In this document: one piece after another, positions 40,785 through 50,931 of the stretch | How the letters are laid out: the number at the start of each line of letters is the position of its first letter | Numbering within the stretch: the stretch's first letter is position 1 | NCBI GenBank assembly: GCA_963827655.1 | Contig: CAWHCF010000041.1 | Location: 128,001-192,000, forward strand | Length of the DNA: 64,000 bases | Direction: 5' to 3' | DNA from: an uncultured Acidobacteriota bacterium | Lineage (GTDB): Bacteria; Acidobacteriota; UBA6911 | Translations under genes and position numbers: made by a program | The notes under the pieces: model-generated | The model's input: only the letters and a program-made list of their open reading frames with translations | The model's database searches: none | Told to the model about the DNA's origin: nothing

Positions 40785-42696
40785 CTTCGAGATAGGTGTA
40801 ACTTTCGAGAGTGGATCGAAAAGAATCCATCAGAGACTCGCGCTCGTCGGCGCTTGTGCGGGACTGAACCTGGACGGCATTAATCGCTTGCCGGAATCCG
40901 TCGAGCAGACTCTGCGTGTCATAGCCGGCCGTGGTGAGGACGTGGCCCAGCGACTCGCCTCGAATAACTTTGTCGAGATGTGGACGTCCTGCATCATCGA
41001 CCAGGAAGTGCGCTTCGTTCACGGAGCCAAGCAGATTGTGATTCATGCCAAGTGATTCCTGGTAGGCTCCGATCAGAGTCATGGCCAGGAAATACGGCTC
41101 GGCGTTCACGCCGTGCAGCTCAAGCGCTTGTTTGACGTCTCGCAAGTCGACAAACTTGTCGATCTGTCCGTCCGAATCGCACGTGATATCGCAGAGCGTA
41201 GCGCGCTCGGTGGGCTCTTCGTTCAGCCGGGTTACCGGTATGATGGGAAACAGCTGATCAAGAGCCCAGGTGTCCGGCGACGATTGAAACACAGAAAAGT
41301 TGCAGATGTACTTGCTGGCCAGAATGTTCTCCAGGTCGGCAAACTCCTCGGGCCTTTCCTTCATCGAGCGAGAAAACTTGATGGCCTTGCGGCAGATTTC
41401 CCAGAACAGCCACTCGCCATGGGCCCGGTTCTGGAGATTCAGATAGCCAAGATTGAACAGCGATTGGAGCTCTTCCCGGTGTTGCAACGCGTCGTGATAG
41501 TATTCGCGGAAATTTTTCGGATTGATGTCCTTGTGCAGGTCCATCATTTCCCGAACCACTTCGGAATCTACTTTGGAAGGGCTGATCTCGGTTCCGCCCA
41601 AGCCAGGGTTCAGGGTTCGGATCACGTTGGTTATGAACATTGCGTGATGGGCGACGACGGCGCGTCCGCTCTCGGTGACAATGGTCGGCGGAGGCACGTT
41701 TTCCGAAAGGCAGATTTCATTGATGGTGTAAACAATGTCGTTGGCGAACTCCTGCACGCTGTAGTTCACGCTGCAGTCGGAAGCCGTTCGGCTGCCGTCG
41801 TAGTCGACTCCCAGCCCGCCGCCTACATTCAGATATTCGACCGGGTAGCCCATCTTGTGGACTTTGGCATAAACCCGAGCCGCCTCCTTGATAGCGCTCT
41901 TGATCCTGCGAATATCGGTTATCTGAGAGCCGATATGGAAATGAAGCATCTTGAGTTGCTGCGTCAGTTGCTGATCGGAGACCAGCTTCAAACAATCCAG
42001 GAGTTGAATGGTATTGATCCCGAATTTCGAGGTCTCCCCGCCGGACTCCTCCCATTTTCCTGCACCGCGGGAAAATATGCGGACGCGCACACCCAGGATC
42101 GGTTTTGCCTGCAGTGAAGTCGCCACCTCTATGATCTTTCTGAGATCCGAAACCTCCTCCATGACGATCACCGGATTCTTGCCGATTTTCGCCGCCTGCA
42201 TCGCCCACTCCAGGTAGCGACGATCCTTAACTCCATTGCACACCAAAAGCGCATTGGGATGCATCGAAACGGTGAGAGCGGCGGCCAGTTCGGCTTTGGT
42301 TCCTACTTCGAGGCCGTATTCATAGCGATGGCCGGCTGAGACCAGACGTTCGACTACGCTGCGTTTCTGGTTCACCTTCATCGGGAAGACTCCCCGATGA
42401 CGCGCCCCGTAATTGTACTCGGCGATGGAGTTACGGAAGGCTTCGTGAAACTCTTTGATCTGAGTATCCAGAATCTGAGGGAAGCGCAAGAGGAAGGGAG
42501 CGGGGACTTTACGCTGGGCAAGGGTCTGCAACAGCGCGATGATCTCCACTCCCATAAGCGGGTTGCGAGTGGGATGAACCGTCAGACATCCTTGCTCGCT
42601 GACCCCGAAGTAACCGGCTCCCCAATTCTCCACGCCGTAAATCCGGTGCGGTATCTCGCTCGGCGTCAAACGAAGAGCCTGGGTCAGTTCTTTCAT
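40780..42696 (-). CDS. speA: Biosynthetic arginine decarboxylase
   Basis: FPMKVNQ, CNGVKD, HFHIGSQI, GGGLGVDYDG, TCDSDG. Confidence 0.96.
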   Translation of the reverse strand: MKELTQALRLTPSEIPHRIYGVENWGAGYFGVSEQGCLTVHPTRNPLMGVEIIALLQTLAQRKVPAPFLLRFPQILDTQIKEFHEAFRNSIAEYNYGARHRGVFPMKVNQKRSVVERLVSAGHRYEYGLEVGTKAELAAALTVSMHPNALLVCNGVKDRRYLEWAMQAAKIGKNPVIVMEEVSDLRKIIEVATSLQAKPILGVRVRIFSRGAGKWEESGGETSKFGINTIQLLDCLKLVSDQQLTQQLKMLHFHIGSQITDIRRIKSAIKEAARVYAKVHKMGYPVEYLNVGGGLGVDYDGSRTASDCSVNYSVQEFANDIVYTINEICLSENVPPPTIVTESGRAVVAHHAMFITNVIRTLNPGLGGTEISPSKVDSEVVREMMDLHKDINPKNFREYYHDALQHREELQSLFNLGYLNLQNRAHGEWLFWEICRKAIKFSRSMKERPEEFADLENILASKYICNFSVFQSSPDTWALDQLFPIIPVTRLNEEPTERATLCDITCDSDGQIDKFVDLRDVKQALELHGVNAEPYFLAMTLIGAYQESLGMNHNLLGSVNEAHFLVDDAGRPHLDKVIRGESLGHVLTTAGYDTQSLLDGFRQAINAVQVQSRTSADERESLMDSFRSTLESYTYLED

Positions 42697-42776
42697 TTAT
42701 GACTCGCTCCGCCTGGGAAGTGGGAAGACCTGCGAATTTCAAATCCTGCAAGTTACCAAACGCGTACCCTTAAATC

Positions 42777-42868
42777 AATTGACGATTTACGATTGACGAA
42801 TTGAGGCTGAGTCTGCGATTAGCCGCAAGCTTGTGCAATCGTCAATCGTCAATCGTCAATCGTCAATC
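42777..42868. repeat. Inverted pair of heptamer arrays (GATTGAC)n ... (CAATCGT)n
   Basis: Same heptamer as 5766-5844; four perfect CAATCGT units. Confidence 0.85.
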
Positions 42869-42872
42869 AGAG

Positions 42873-43436
42873 CTAGGTCTTCACACGTTCCAGGTATTTC
42901 CCACCACTGGTATCGACTCGAAGAAGCTCTCCCTCGTTAATGAAAGGAGGCACCTGGATGACGAGTCCGGTTTCCAGCGTGGCCGGTTTATTGACGTTGC
43001 TCACCGTGGCCCCGCGCAGGGCAGGTTCTGTGGACACCACTCTCAACTCGACCGAGGCCGGCAACTCGACCCCGATGGGTTTACCTTCGTAAAACTCCAC
43101 CTGGATCTTGATGTTCGGAACCAGGTAGGAAACACCGTCTTCGAGCAGTTCCTTGGGAAGATGCAGTTGATCGAACGTCTCGGTGTTCATGAAATAGAAG
43201 TCCGAGCCATCCGAGTAGAGATACTCCATTTCGTGGTTCTCGAGGTACGCTTGTTCTATTCGGTCTTCTGAACGAAACCGGTGCTCGATGATGGAACCGG
43301 ACTTGATGGATTTCAGTTTGGTCTGAACCATGCCGCGCCAGTTTCCAGGGGTGATGTGCTGGAAGGAGAATACGCGATACAGTTGGCCGTTGAGTTTGAT
43401 GGTCATTCCACGCTTGATCTGAGTTGCAGCAATCAT
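42873..43436 (-). CDS. efp: Elongation factor P (PGNWRG loop type)
   Basis: KOW-OB-OB layout; KPATLETG, VPPFI, YLER. Confidence 0.96.
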   Translation of the reverse strand: MIAATQIKRGMTIKLNGQLYRVFSFQHITPGNWRGMVQTKLKSIKSGSIIEHRFRSEDRIEQAYLENHEMEYLYSDGSDFYFMNTETFDQLHLPKELLEDGVSYLVPNIKIQVEFYEGKPIGVELPASVELRVVSTEPALRGATVSNVNKPATLETGLVIQVPPFINEGELLRVDTSGGKYLERVKT

Positions 43437-43475
43437 AGTAACGCCTCAAGAATACAAAGATGTGATTTTAGCGGA

Positions 43476-44159
43476 TTAATGCCTTGGCGGCGGATTTTTG
43501 TTTCGGATCAGCCTGGGTCGCGAACGGCGACCGACTTTTCTCTTCGCTCTGATCCGGAGCGCCTCGATGATGGCGGGAAGAATCGAAAGGAAAACGACGA
43601 CGGCAATTACCACGTGAATGTGCCGGTTGATGTCCGGGACCAGGGAACCCAGCCAGAATCCGCCCAGCAGCATACTCCAGACCCAGAGGATGCCGCCCAG
43701 TACGTTGTAGGTAACAAAGCTTCTGTAGTTCATGTTCGCGGCCCCGGCGACCGCGGGAGCGAAGGTTCGGATTATCGGAACAAAGCGAGCGATCACGATC
43801 GTCTTGGCCCCGTATTTCTCATAAAACTCGTGCGCGCGCTCGAGGTGCCGTTTTCTGAAGATGAGAGAATCTTCGCGGCGATACAGGGCGTGACCTGCCT
43901 TGCGGCCGATGAGGTAGCCAACCTGATCGCCGACAATAGCGCACAGCGAGACCAGCAAGAGAAGCCACCAGAGGTTCAAATGCCCTGCGGCGGCAAAGAT
44001 CCCCGCCGAAACTAGAAGGGAGTCTCCGGGAAGAAAAAAGCCGACAAACAGGCCCGTTTCGACAAACACAATGCTGCAGATGAGGAAAGTACCTCCCCAG
44101 CGTATCAGACCCTCGACGTCGTAGATGAAATGAAAGGCGTCTTTCAGAAACTCTATCAT
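43476..44159 (-). CDS. DedA family membrane protein
   Basis: FVETGLFVGFFLPGDSLL, ARFVPIIRTF. Confidence 0.93.
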   Translation of the reverse strand: MIEFLKDAFHFIYDVEGLIRWGGTFLICSIVFVETGLFVGFFLPGDSLLVSAGIFAAAGHLNLWWLLLLVSLCAIVGDQVGYLIGRKAGHALYRREDSLIFRKRHLERAHEFYEKYGAKTIVIARFVPIIRTFAPAVAGAANMNYRSFVTYNVLGGILWVWSMLLGGFWLGSLVPDINRHIHVVIAVVVFLSILPAIIEALRIRAKRKVGRRSRPRLIRNKNPPPRH

Positions 44160-45403
44160 TGGCGCAAGCTATGAGGCAGCTTCCCCTCAATTTCAGCGAG
44201 AAGCTCCTTCTCGGTCAAAACGCGGTCGGAGGATTTGGCTTTGGCGAAGATCCGTTCGATCAGCTCGTCGCTGGCTGGAATTCCGCGCTTTTCCAGCCAG
44301 TAAACCACATTTGATTTCCCGCTTACGGGGCCGACTTCGATGCGCTGTTCCAGGCCGAACCAGTGAGAAGGAACACCGGAGTACACCAGATTCGCCAGTT
44401 CGACATCTCCTTTTTTCAGCGCTTTGATGACTGCGGCCGCATGCACGCCGGTTCCGGTGCGGAATGCATCTTCCCCCACGACAGGATAGTTGGCAGGAAT
44501 CGGGACGTCCGTGGCTTCCGAAACCGCCAGGCAATAGTCTTTCAAGCGGGAAAGGTCTCCCGCAATATAGCCCATCAGCCGTAGATTGACGAGGAGAAGA
44601 TCCATGGACGTATTCCCGACCCGCTCCCCGATGCCCAGGCCCGAGGCGTGAAGCTGATGAGCGCCCGCCTCGAAGGCCGTAATCGCGTTGATGACTCCCA
44701 GCCCGCGATCACCGTGCCCGTGCCAGTCGACTCGAATCTCCGCGCCACTGGGACGAATTACCTCATCGAAGACGAACCGGATGAGACTCCGGACGCCTCC
44801 TGGAGTCGCGTGCCCGACTGTGTCGCAAACCACGACAGCTCTCGCGCCCCAGCGGATCGCCTCCGAGAATACTTTCCGCACTACATCCGGACGCGAACGA
44901 GTGGTGTCTTCGGTTACAAACATTACCGGAAGTCCCTCGTGAACCGCAAAACGAACCGCCTCCTCGCCGTGTCTTAGAATCGCATCCAGGTCCCAATCTT
45001 CGGCGTACTGGCGGATGGGGCTGGTGCCGATGAAAGCGGCGACCTCAATTGGATAACCGACCCTCTGGGAAATCTCCACGATGGGCCGGATATCCGCTAT
45101 CACGGTGCGGGCAGCGCAATAGGGATGAATTCGCATGCGCTGTTCAGTGATCTCCCGCGCCAGTCTCATCGTATGCGACGCCACATGCGGGCCGGCGCCG
45201 GGCAGACCAATGTCGGCCACCTGGATGCCCAGCGATTCCATGAGATGAAGTATCGTCAGCTTTTCTGAAATCGAAGGGTTTCTGACCGATGGTGACTGCA
45301 GACCATCTCTAAGTGTTTCGTCGGCGAGTGAAACCGAGCGACGAGGCACCGCGTCCTCTGTTCTTGAGTTCCAGTCATAAATCAAATCAGACTCTTGGCT
45401 CAT
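44156..45403 (-). CDS. LeuA-family (DRE-TIM) synthase lacking the allosteric domain
   Basis: DETLRDGLQ, HGHGDRGL, GIGERVGN, GPVSGKSN. Confidence 0.85.
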   Translation of the reverse strand: MSQESDLIYDWNSRTEDAVPRRSVSLADETLRDGLQSPSVRNPSISEKLTILHLMESLGIQVADIGLPGAGPHVASHTMRLAREITEQRMRIHPYCAARTVIADIRPIVEISQRVGYPIEVAAFIGTSPIRQYAEDWDLDAILRHGEEAVRFAVHEGLPVMFVTEDTTRSRPDVVRKVFSEAIRWGARAVVVCDTVGHATPGGVRSLIRFVFDEVIRPSGAEIRVDWHGHGDRGLGVINAITAFEAGAHQLHASGLGIGERVGNTSMDLLLVNLRLMGYIAGDLSRLKDYCLAVSEATDVPIPANYPVVGEDAFRTGTGVHAAAVIKALKKGDVELANLVYSGVPSHWFGLEQRIEVGPVSGKSNVVYWLEKRGIPASDELIERIFAKAKSSDRVLTEKELLAEIEGKLPHSLRQ

Positions 45404-45410
45404 AAGGAGT

Positions 45411-45968
45411 CTAGATTTCGAGGATCTCGGCTTCTTTTTTCTTGAACAGCGAATCTATCTTGGCTACGTAGTCATCGGTAAGATCCTGCACTTTTTTAAG
45501 ACCTTCTTTCTCCTGGTCCTCGGAGATTGTTTTATCTTTCAAGAAAGCCTTCAACTGATCATTGGCGTCATGCCGCACCTGCCGCACCGCCACGCGGTGC
45601 TGCTCGGCGATGTGCTTGATAGACTTCGCCAGCTGTTTACGGCGTTCTTCCGTGAGCGGCGGGATCGGCAAGCGCACAACTTTACCATCGTTGGTTGGGG
45701 TCAGTCCGAGATCCGATGCAAGAATGGCCTTTTCTATGTTCGAGATGGTCGAGGTGTCCCACGGCTGAATTACAATCAGAGTCGGATCCGGCGTCGAGAG
45801 AGAAGCCATTTGATTCAGCGGGGTAGGAGTACCGTAGTAGTTTGCCTGAATGTGATCGAGAATACTGATCGACGCCCGCCCCGTCCGGATCGTGGCCAGG
45901 TCACGCTGCATGTCTTCGACGCATTTTTCCATTCTTTTTCTCGTAGTGTCGAGTACCTGTCGGATCAT
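45411..45968 (-). CDS. frr: Ribosome recycling factor
   Basis: IRTGRAS, PPLTEERRK. Confidence 0.97.
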   Translation of the reverse strand: MIRQVLDTTRKRMEKCVEDMQRDLATIRTGRASISILDHIQANYYGTPTPLNQMASLSTPDPTLIVIQPWDTSTISNIEKAILASDLGLTPTNDGKVVRLPIPPLTEERRKQLAKSIKHIAEQHRVAVRQVRHDANDQLKAFLKDKTISEDQEKEGLKKVQDLTDDYVAKIDSLFKKKEAEILEI

Positions 45969-46032
45969 GGGCTAATCTCCTTTTCGAGCGACGAGGATCG
46001 CGCGCTATCGCACCAGCCGGAAGCCAATCGCG

Positions 46033-46755
46033 TTAGGCTCGGATGACAGATCCCACACGGGAGCCCAGAACAACATTCTTGATATTACCATGGCGGAGCA
46101 GATTGAAAACCACGATGGGCAGCTTGTTGTCCATGCAGAGAGTAATGGCGGTCGTGTCCATGACTCTGAGTCCCTTTTCCAGTACCTCAAGGTAAGTCAG
46201 ATGCTTCAGCAGCTTGGCCGACGGACTCGTGACTGGATCCCGGTCGTAGATCCCATCAACCTTGGTCGCCTTTAGAATTACGTCGGCGCCGATCTCGACG
46301 GCCCGCAACGCTGCCGCCGTGTCGGTGGAAAAGTAGGGGTTTCCAGTCCCTGCGGCAAAAATTACGACTCTCCCTTTTTCCAGGTGGCGAATAGCTCGCC
46401 GCCTGATGTAGGGTTCCGCGACCTCTTTCATTTCGATCGCCGATTGGACCCGGGTATAGACGTTCCTTTTCTCGAGGGCGTTCTGCAGGGCAAGGGCGTT
46501 TATGACGGTGGCAAGCATACCCATATAATCGCCGCTGACTCGATCCATGCCTGCGGCGCTTACCGCAATGCCACGGATTATGTTTCCACCGCCAACAGTC
46601 GCTGCCACCTGAACACCCAGGTCATGAATCTCCTGAATCTCGGCTGCGATGCGACCGGCCATCAGGGGGTCGACACCGAAGCCCTGTTCCCCGATAAGGG
46701 CCTGCCCGCTCAGCTTCAACACCACTCGATGATATCTCGGCTTATTGGCCTTCAC
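46033..46755 (-). CDS. pyrH: UMP kinase
   Basis: [23 protein letters not shown]. Confidence 0.97.
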   Translation of the reverse strand: MKANKPRYHRVVLKLSGQALIGEQGFGVDPLMAGRIAAEIQEIHDLGVQVAATVGGGNIIRGIAVSAAGMDRVSGDYMGMLATVINALALQNALEKRNVYTRVQSAIEMKEVAEPYIRRRAIRHLEKGRVVIFAAGTGNPYFSTDTAAALRAVEIGADVILKATKVDGIYDRDPVTSPSAKLLKHLTYLEVLEKGLRVMDTTAITLCMDNKLPIVVFNLLRHGNIKNVVLGSRVGSVIRA

Positions 46756-46806
46756 GCACCCCCCAAATCAGTGGTCAGCCTCTAACCACGAAGACTCGAT
46801 CCCGTT

Positions 46807-47397
46807 TCATTCACCCAGTCGGTAACGGACAAATCGGCGGACCCTGATATTCTCGCCGATCTTGCCGATGTAGCTCGCGATGTGCTCGTTTACGGTGATT
46901 CCGGGATCTCGCACGAAAGGCTGGTCCAGAAGGCAATTCTCGGAGTAGAACTTCGACATCCGCCCTTCCACAATCTTGTCCAGAACGTTCTCCGGCTTGC
47001 CGGTCGAGCGCGCCTGCTCCCTGTAGATCTCCCGCTCCTTCGCCAGGATCTCCTCGGTTACATCTTCTTTGCGGATAAAATGCGGATCACTGGCGGCGAT
47101 GTGCATCGCCAGGTCTTTTACCAGCGCCTGAAAATCATTGTTGCGGGCGACAAAATCAGTCTCGCAGTTGACCTCGACCATTACGCCGATTTTGCCGGTG
47201 TGCACGTAGGCGCCGATGAGACCTTCCTTGGTCTCTCTTCCCGCCTTTCTGGACTGGGCCGATAGACCTTTTTTCCGCAGTACGGTGATGGCGGCTTCCA
47301 GATCGCCATTGGTTTCCTGGAGCGCGCTTTTGCATTCCATAATGCCGACGCCTGTCTTCTCGCGAAGTTCTCTGACCTTCTCCGCCGATACACTCAT
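46807..47397 (-). CDS. tsf: Elongation factor Ts (short form)
   Basis: LREKTGVGIMECK, EVNCETDFVA. Confidence 0.96.
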   Translation of the reverse strand: MSVSAEKVRELREKTGVGIMECKSALQETNGDLEAAITVLRKKGLSAQSRKAGRETKEGLIGAYVHTGKIGVMVEVNCETDFVARNNDFQALVKDLAMHIAASDPHFIRKEDVTEEILAKEREIYREQARSTGKPENVLDKIVEGRMSKFYSENCLLDQPFVRDPGITVNEHIASYIGKIGENIRVRRFVRYRLGE

Positions 47398-47511
47398 ACT
47401 TCTCTTGTCCTTTCTTTCTTTGGGCAGCAAACCGACCACAAACGACGCCAGGAGGCGACGAAACGCTTGGAGGATTGCTGCTCAGGTTTGGATTGGCGGG
47501 TGAGTTTGGAC

Positions 47512-48576
47512 CTAGCCGCCGGAAGCTTCGTGACCGTTCGTTATCTCGGAGCTGTCGTCCGGGGTGGTAACGAGTTTAGAGTCTTCCTCGGCCTGGGGAG
47601 TCGCCGGAGCTTCGAGCGGTGCATCAGTCTCAGGCTTCTTCGACTTGGGCTTCCGCTGGAGCGCCTTTCTGACCGTAGTCTTGGGCTTGGCCGTCGGGTC
47701 TCCCTGAGCAGGAGCAGCTTCCGAAGGCGCAGCAGCTGTTTCCGCGGTTCCCTTCCCTTCGGCGGCTTTCCGCGCGGCAGCTTCGGCCGCCGCCGCCGCC
47801 GCGGCTCTGGCCGCCGCTTCACGCGCCACCTGTTGGGCCTGGAGCTGACGCTGTCTTTCCAATTGATCGGCCAATTCCTTTTGCTGGGCCTCGTAGACAG
47901 CTTTTCCTTCCAGGTATGCCTGAGCGATCGTTCCGGCTATCAGCCGAATCGCCCTTAGCGCGTCGTCGTTGCCTGGAATGATGTAATCGATTTCGTCGGG
48001 ATCGCAGTTGGTATCGGCAACTCCGATGATCGGAATTCCCAGTTTCCGAGCCTCCTGTATGGCGATCGATTCCCTCTTGGTATCGATCACAAATAGCCCA
48101 TCAGGTAGGCTGGCCATGTCCTTGATGCCGGACAGGTTCTTCTCGAGCTTCTTGCGTTCGCGCTCGTATCGGGCCACTTCTTTCTTGGAAAACAGCTCGT
48201 ACTGCCCGTTGGTTCGCATGGCTTCCAGTTCGCGGAAGCGCTTGAGGCTTTTCTGGATCGTGACGAAGTTTGTCAGAAGCCCGCCCAACCAGCGTTGATT
48301 GACGTAGAACATGCCGCACCGCTGAGCTTCTTCCTGGATGGCATCCTGGGCCTGGCGCTTCGTCCCCAAGAAAAGAATCGTCTTTCCGCGCGCTCCAAGC
48401 TCCTGAACAAACTGCACGGCATTCTTGAACAGCTTCAAGCTTTTCTGAAGGTCGATGATATAAATGCCGTTGCGCTCTCCGAAGATGTACTCCTTCATCT
48501 TGGGATTCCAGCGCTTGGTCTGGTGGCCAAAGTGGACACCAGCCTCCAGAAGTTGCTTCATGGTGATAGAAACCAA
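47512..48576 (-). CDS. rpsB: 30S ribosomal protein S2 with long C-terminal tail
   Basis: [25 protein letters not shown]. Confidence 0.97.
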   Translation of the reverse strand: MVSITMKQLLEAGVHFGHQTKRWNPKMKEYIFGERNGIYIIDLQKSLKLFKNAVQFVQELGARGKTILFLGTKRQAQDAIQEEAQRCGMFYVNQRWLGGLLTNFVTIQKSLKRFRELEAMRTNGQYELFSKKEVARYERERKKLEKNLSGIKDMASLPDGLFVIDTKRESIAIQEARKLGIPIIGVADTNCDPDEIDYIIPGNDDALRAIRLIAGTIAQAYLEGKAVYEAQQKELADQLERQRQLQAQQVAREAAARAAAAAAAEAAARKAAEGKGTAETAAAPSEAAPAQGDPTAKPKTTVRKALQRKPKSKKPETDAPLEAPATPQAEEDSKLVTTPDDSSEITNGHEASGG

Positions 48577-48591
48577 ACAGACCTCCTCATT

Positions 48592-48984
48592 CTACCGCTT
48601 GGAGAATTGGAACCTCTTGCGAGCTCCCTTTTGACCGTATTTTTTTCGTTCTTTGATCCGGGAATCACGCGTCAGCAACCCCGCACGTTTCAGCCTCGGC
48701 CGTAGCTCGGCGTTGAATTCGAGGAGGGCCCGCGTAATCCCCAGACGAATGGCGCCCGCCTGCCCCGAGACGCCCCCGCCCATCACGGTCGCGCGCACAT
48801 CGAACTTGGCGACATTGTCTGTGATGGTCAAGGGGTAACGAATCACTGTGCGCTGGGTTTCATTGCAGAAATACTTGCTCAGATCGCGCTTGTTCACGTT
48901 CATCTGGCCCGTTCCGGGAATCAGATAGACCCGCGCCGTCGAGCTTTTGCGTTTTCCAGTCCCGTAATATTGAACCACTGCCAA
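48592..48984 (-). CDS. rpsI: 30S ribosomal protein S9
   Basis: [19 protein letters not shown]. Confidence 0.98.
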   Translation of the reverse strand: MAVVQYYGTGKRKSSTARVYLIPGTGQMNVNKRDLSKYFCNETQRTVIRYPLTITDNVAKFDVRATVMGGGVSGQAGAIRLGITRALLEFNAELRPRLKRAGLLTRDSRIKERKKYGQKGARKRFQFSKR

Positions 48985-49049
48985 GATCGCACTCCTCCTA
49001 AATGGAAAGATCCCCAGTTCGCCAGGGTGGTGTTTGACTGGGGCTTTGC

Positions 49050-49478
49050 CTACAGAGCAAGATTTGTGGGTCGCTGAGCTTGATGTGGATGATGAGGACC
49101 GCGGTACACTTTCAACTTCCGCCTCATTGCACGACCCAGCTTCGTCTTGGGAAGCATTCCGCTCACGGCTTCCCGCACCAGTTTTTCCGGGTTCTTGGCC
49201 AGCAAATCCCCCGCAGCGATCTCGCGCAGGCCACCGGGAAACCCCGTATGACGGCGGTACATCTTTTCGGAGAGCTTCTTTCCCGTGAGCTTTACCTTCT
49301 CAGCGTTGATGACGATTACGTGGTCACCCGTATCCAGAAAGGTCACATACGTGGGCTTATCCTTGCCGGTAAGCAAACGGGCCACTCGACTCGCAAGTCT
49401 CCCCAGCACTTTGCCCTCGGCATCCAACACATGCCAGTTACTCTGAATTTCACTCTTTCGAGGTACGTAGCTCTTCAT
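49050..49478 (-). CDS. rplM: 50S ribosomal protein L13
   Basis: [24 protein letters not shown]. Confidence 0.98.
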   Translation of the reverse strand: MKSYVPRKSEIQSNWHVLDAEGKVLGRLASRVARLLTGKDKPTYVTFLDTGDHVIVINAEKVKLTGKKLSEKMYRRHTGFPGGLREIAAGDLLAKNPEKLVREAVSGMLPKTKLGRAMRRKLKVYRGPHHPHQAQRPTNLAL

Positions 49479-49519
49479 ACAACGCCTAATTGCGTGACAA
49501 CACTGAAAAACAATCCTTT

Positions 49520-49548
49520 AGGCTAGCCAACGAAGTAATAGCTGTCAA
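49520..49548 (-). promoter_or_regulatory. sigma70 promoter of the rplM operon
   Basis: TTGACA-N17-TAGCCT on the minus strand. Confidence 0.7.
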
Positions 49549-49774
49549 GCACATTATCCCGCACGCCTGGCGCGTCGCGGACAGCCCACTATTCTTGAGT
49601 ACAGGCCGGAGCTGAGGCTGCCGGGCTCGCGCGGCTGGACAGCGGCAATAAGTTACATCATCGCAATAATTTAAGTCAACGCGCACCTTTGCCGGTTCAC
49701 CTCTGACCAATCGCCATCAACCGTTCGCGACAATGTCCTTGACAAGGCGCTCCTCACTGGTATTAGATTCCGCG

Positions 49775-49823
49775 TCCCTCACAGAGATTGCCTTCCCTCA
49801 AAGATTGTCCCTCCCTCACAAAA
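49775..49823 (+). repeat. Three 18-19-bp direct repeats in the pilM leader
   Basis: TCCCTCA at 49775, 49794 and 49812; AGATTG in the first two units. Confidence 0.65.
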
Positions 49824-49864
49824 TGCATACGGATTTTTGACTCGAAGCCGGATGTCCTGTCCTG

Positions 49865-50929
49865 ATGGCGCTCAGTTTCCTGAACCGCAGCCAGCCACTT
49901 GTGGGTCTGGATATTGGATCCAGCACAATCAAAGCGGCCGAGCTGCGATCGCTGCGCGATGGAAGTTACGAGCTGGTCAATCTCGGAATCGAGGAACTCC
50001 CTCCCGACTGCATTGTCCACGGCGTGATCACATCGAAGGCTCCTGTATCGGACGCGATCAATCGCCTCTTCAGCGAGCAGAGCATCAAGAACATGAGGGT
50101 TGCGACTTCGGTCTCCGGCCACTCGGTAATTGTGAAGAGAATTTCACTGCCGTCTCAGAGTGATGAAGATCTTGCGGAATCGATCCGATGGGAGGCCGAG
50201 CAACATATTCCCTTCGATATCGCGGACGTCAGTCTGGCCTACCAGGTACTGGCAGAAAGCGCCAGCGTCGCGAACCTGGACCTGCTGCTGGTTGCGGTCA
50301 AAAAGGAAAGGATTACAGATCAAACCAGTGTGATTACGACGGCCGGGAAGAATCCCGTCGTCGTCGATGTCGACGCGTTCGCGCTACAGAATGCCTACGA
50401 GATCAACTATGACCCCGCGACCCCCGCTCTCATGGCTCTGCTTGATATCGGCGCGAGCATCATGACGATCAACATTATTTCCGGGACCGACCTCCTTTTC
50501 ACGCGTGATGTGGGCGTGGGCGGCCATCAGTACACCGATTTCATACGCAAGGAGTTCAATCTCACCTTCAGCCAGGCGCAGGCTCTGAAACACGGCCAGC
50601 CTCAGGGAGGGATTGAACCCTGGCAGGCGCGCCGCGTCATCGATTCCGTCACCGAGATCATTTGCCTGGAGATCCAGAAAACCTTCGATTTTTTCAGGAC
50701 CACCACGACGTCCGGGCGTATTGATCGGATGCTGGTAAGCGGCGGCGCTGCGCATACTCCAGGGTTGATCGAAACCCTGGAACGCAAGTTCGAAATCCCG
50801 GTCCAGAAATTTGAAAGCTTCCGAAGAATCGCCCACGATTCGAAACGATTCTCACCCTCCCTGCTGGCGGAACGCGCCCCTGAACTGGCGGTCGCCATCG
50901 GCCTGGCTCTGCGCAAAGACAAGGAATAG
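49865..50929 (+). CDS. pilM: Type IV pilus assembly protein PilM
   Basis: VGLDIGSS, EAEQHIPF, LDIGAS, SGG, AIGLALR. Confidence 0.93.
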   Translation: MALSFLNRSQPLVGLDIGSSTIKAAELRSLRDGSYELVNLGIEELPPDCIVHGVITSKAPVSDAINRLFSEQSIKNMRVATSVSGHSVIVKRISLPSQSDEDLAESIRWEAEQHIPFDIADVSLAYQVLAESASVANLDLLLVAVKKERITDQTSVITTAGKNPVVVDVDAFALQNAYEINYDPATPALMALLDIGASIMTINIISGTDLLFTRDVGVGGHQYTDFIRKEFNLTFSQAQALKHGQPQGGIEPWQARRVIDSVTEIICLEIQKTFDFFRTTTTSGRIDRMLVSGGAAHTPGLIETLERKFEIPVQKFESFRRIAHDSKRFSPSLLAERAPELAVAIGLALRKDKE

Positions 50930-50931
50930 TC

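Noticed and set aside
49550-49740. Possible tRNA or ncRNA between rplM and pilM
   Set aside because: No cloverleaf or recognisable RNA family signature
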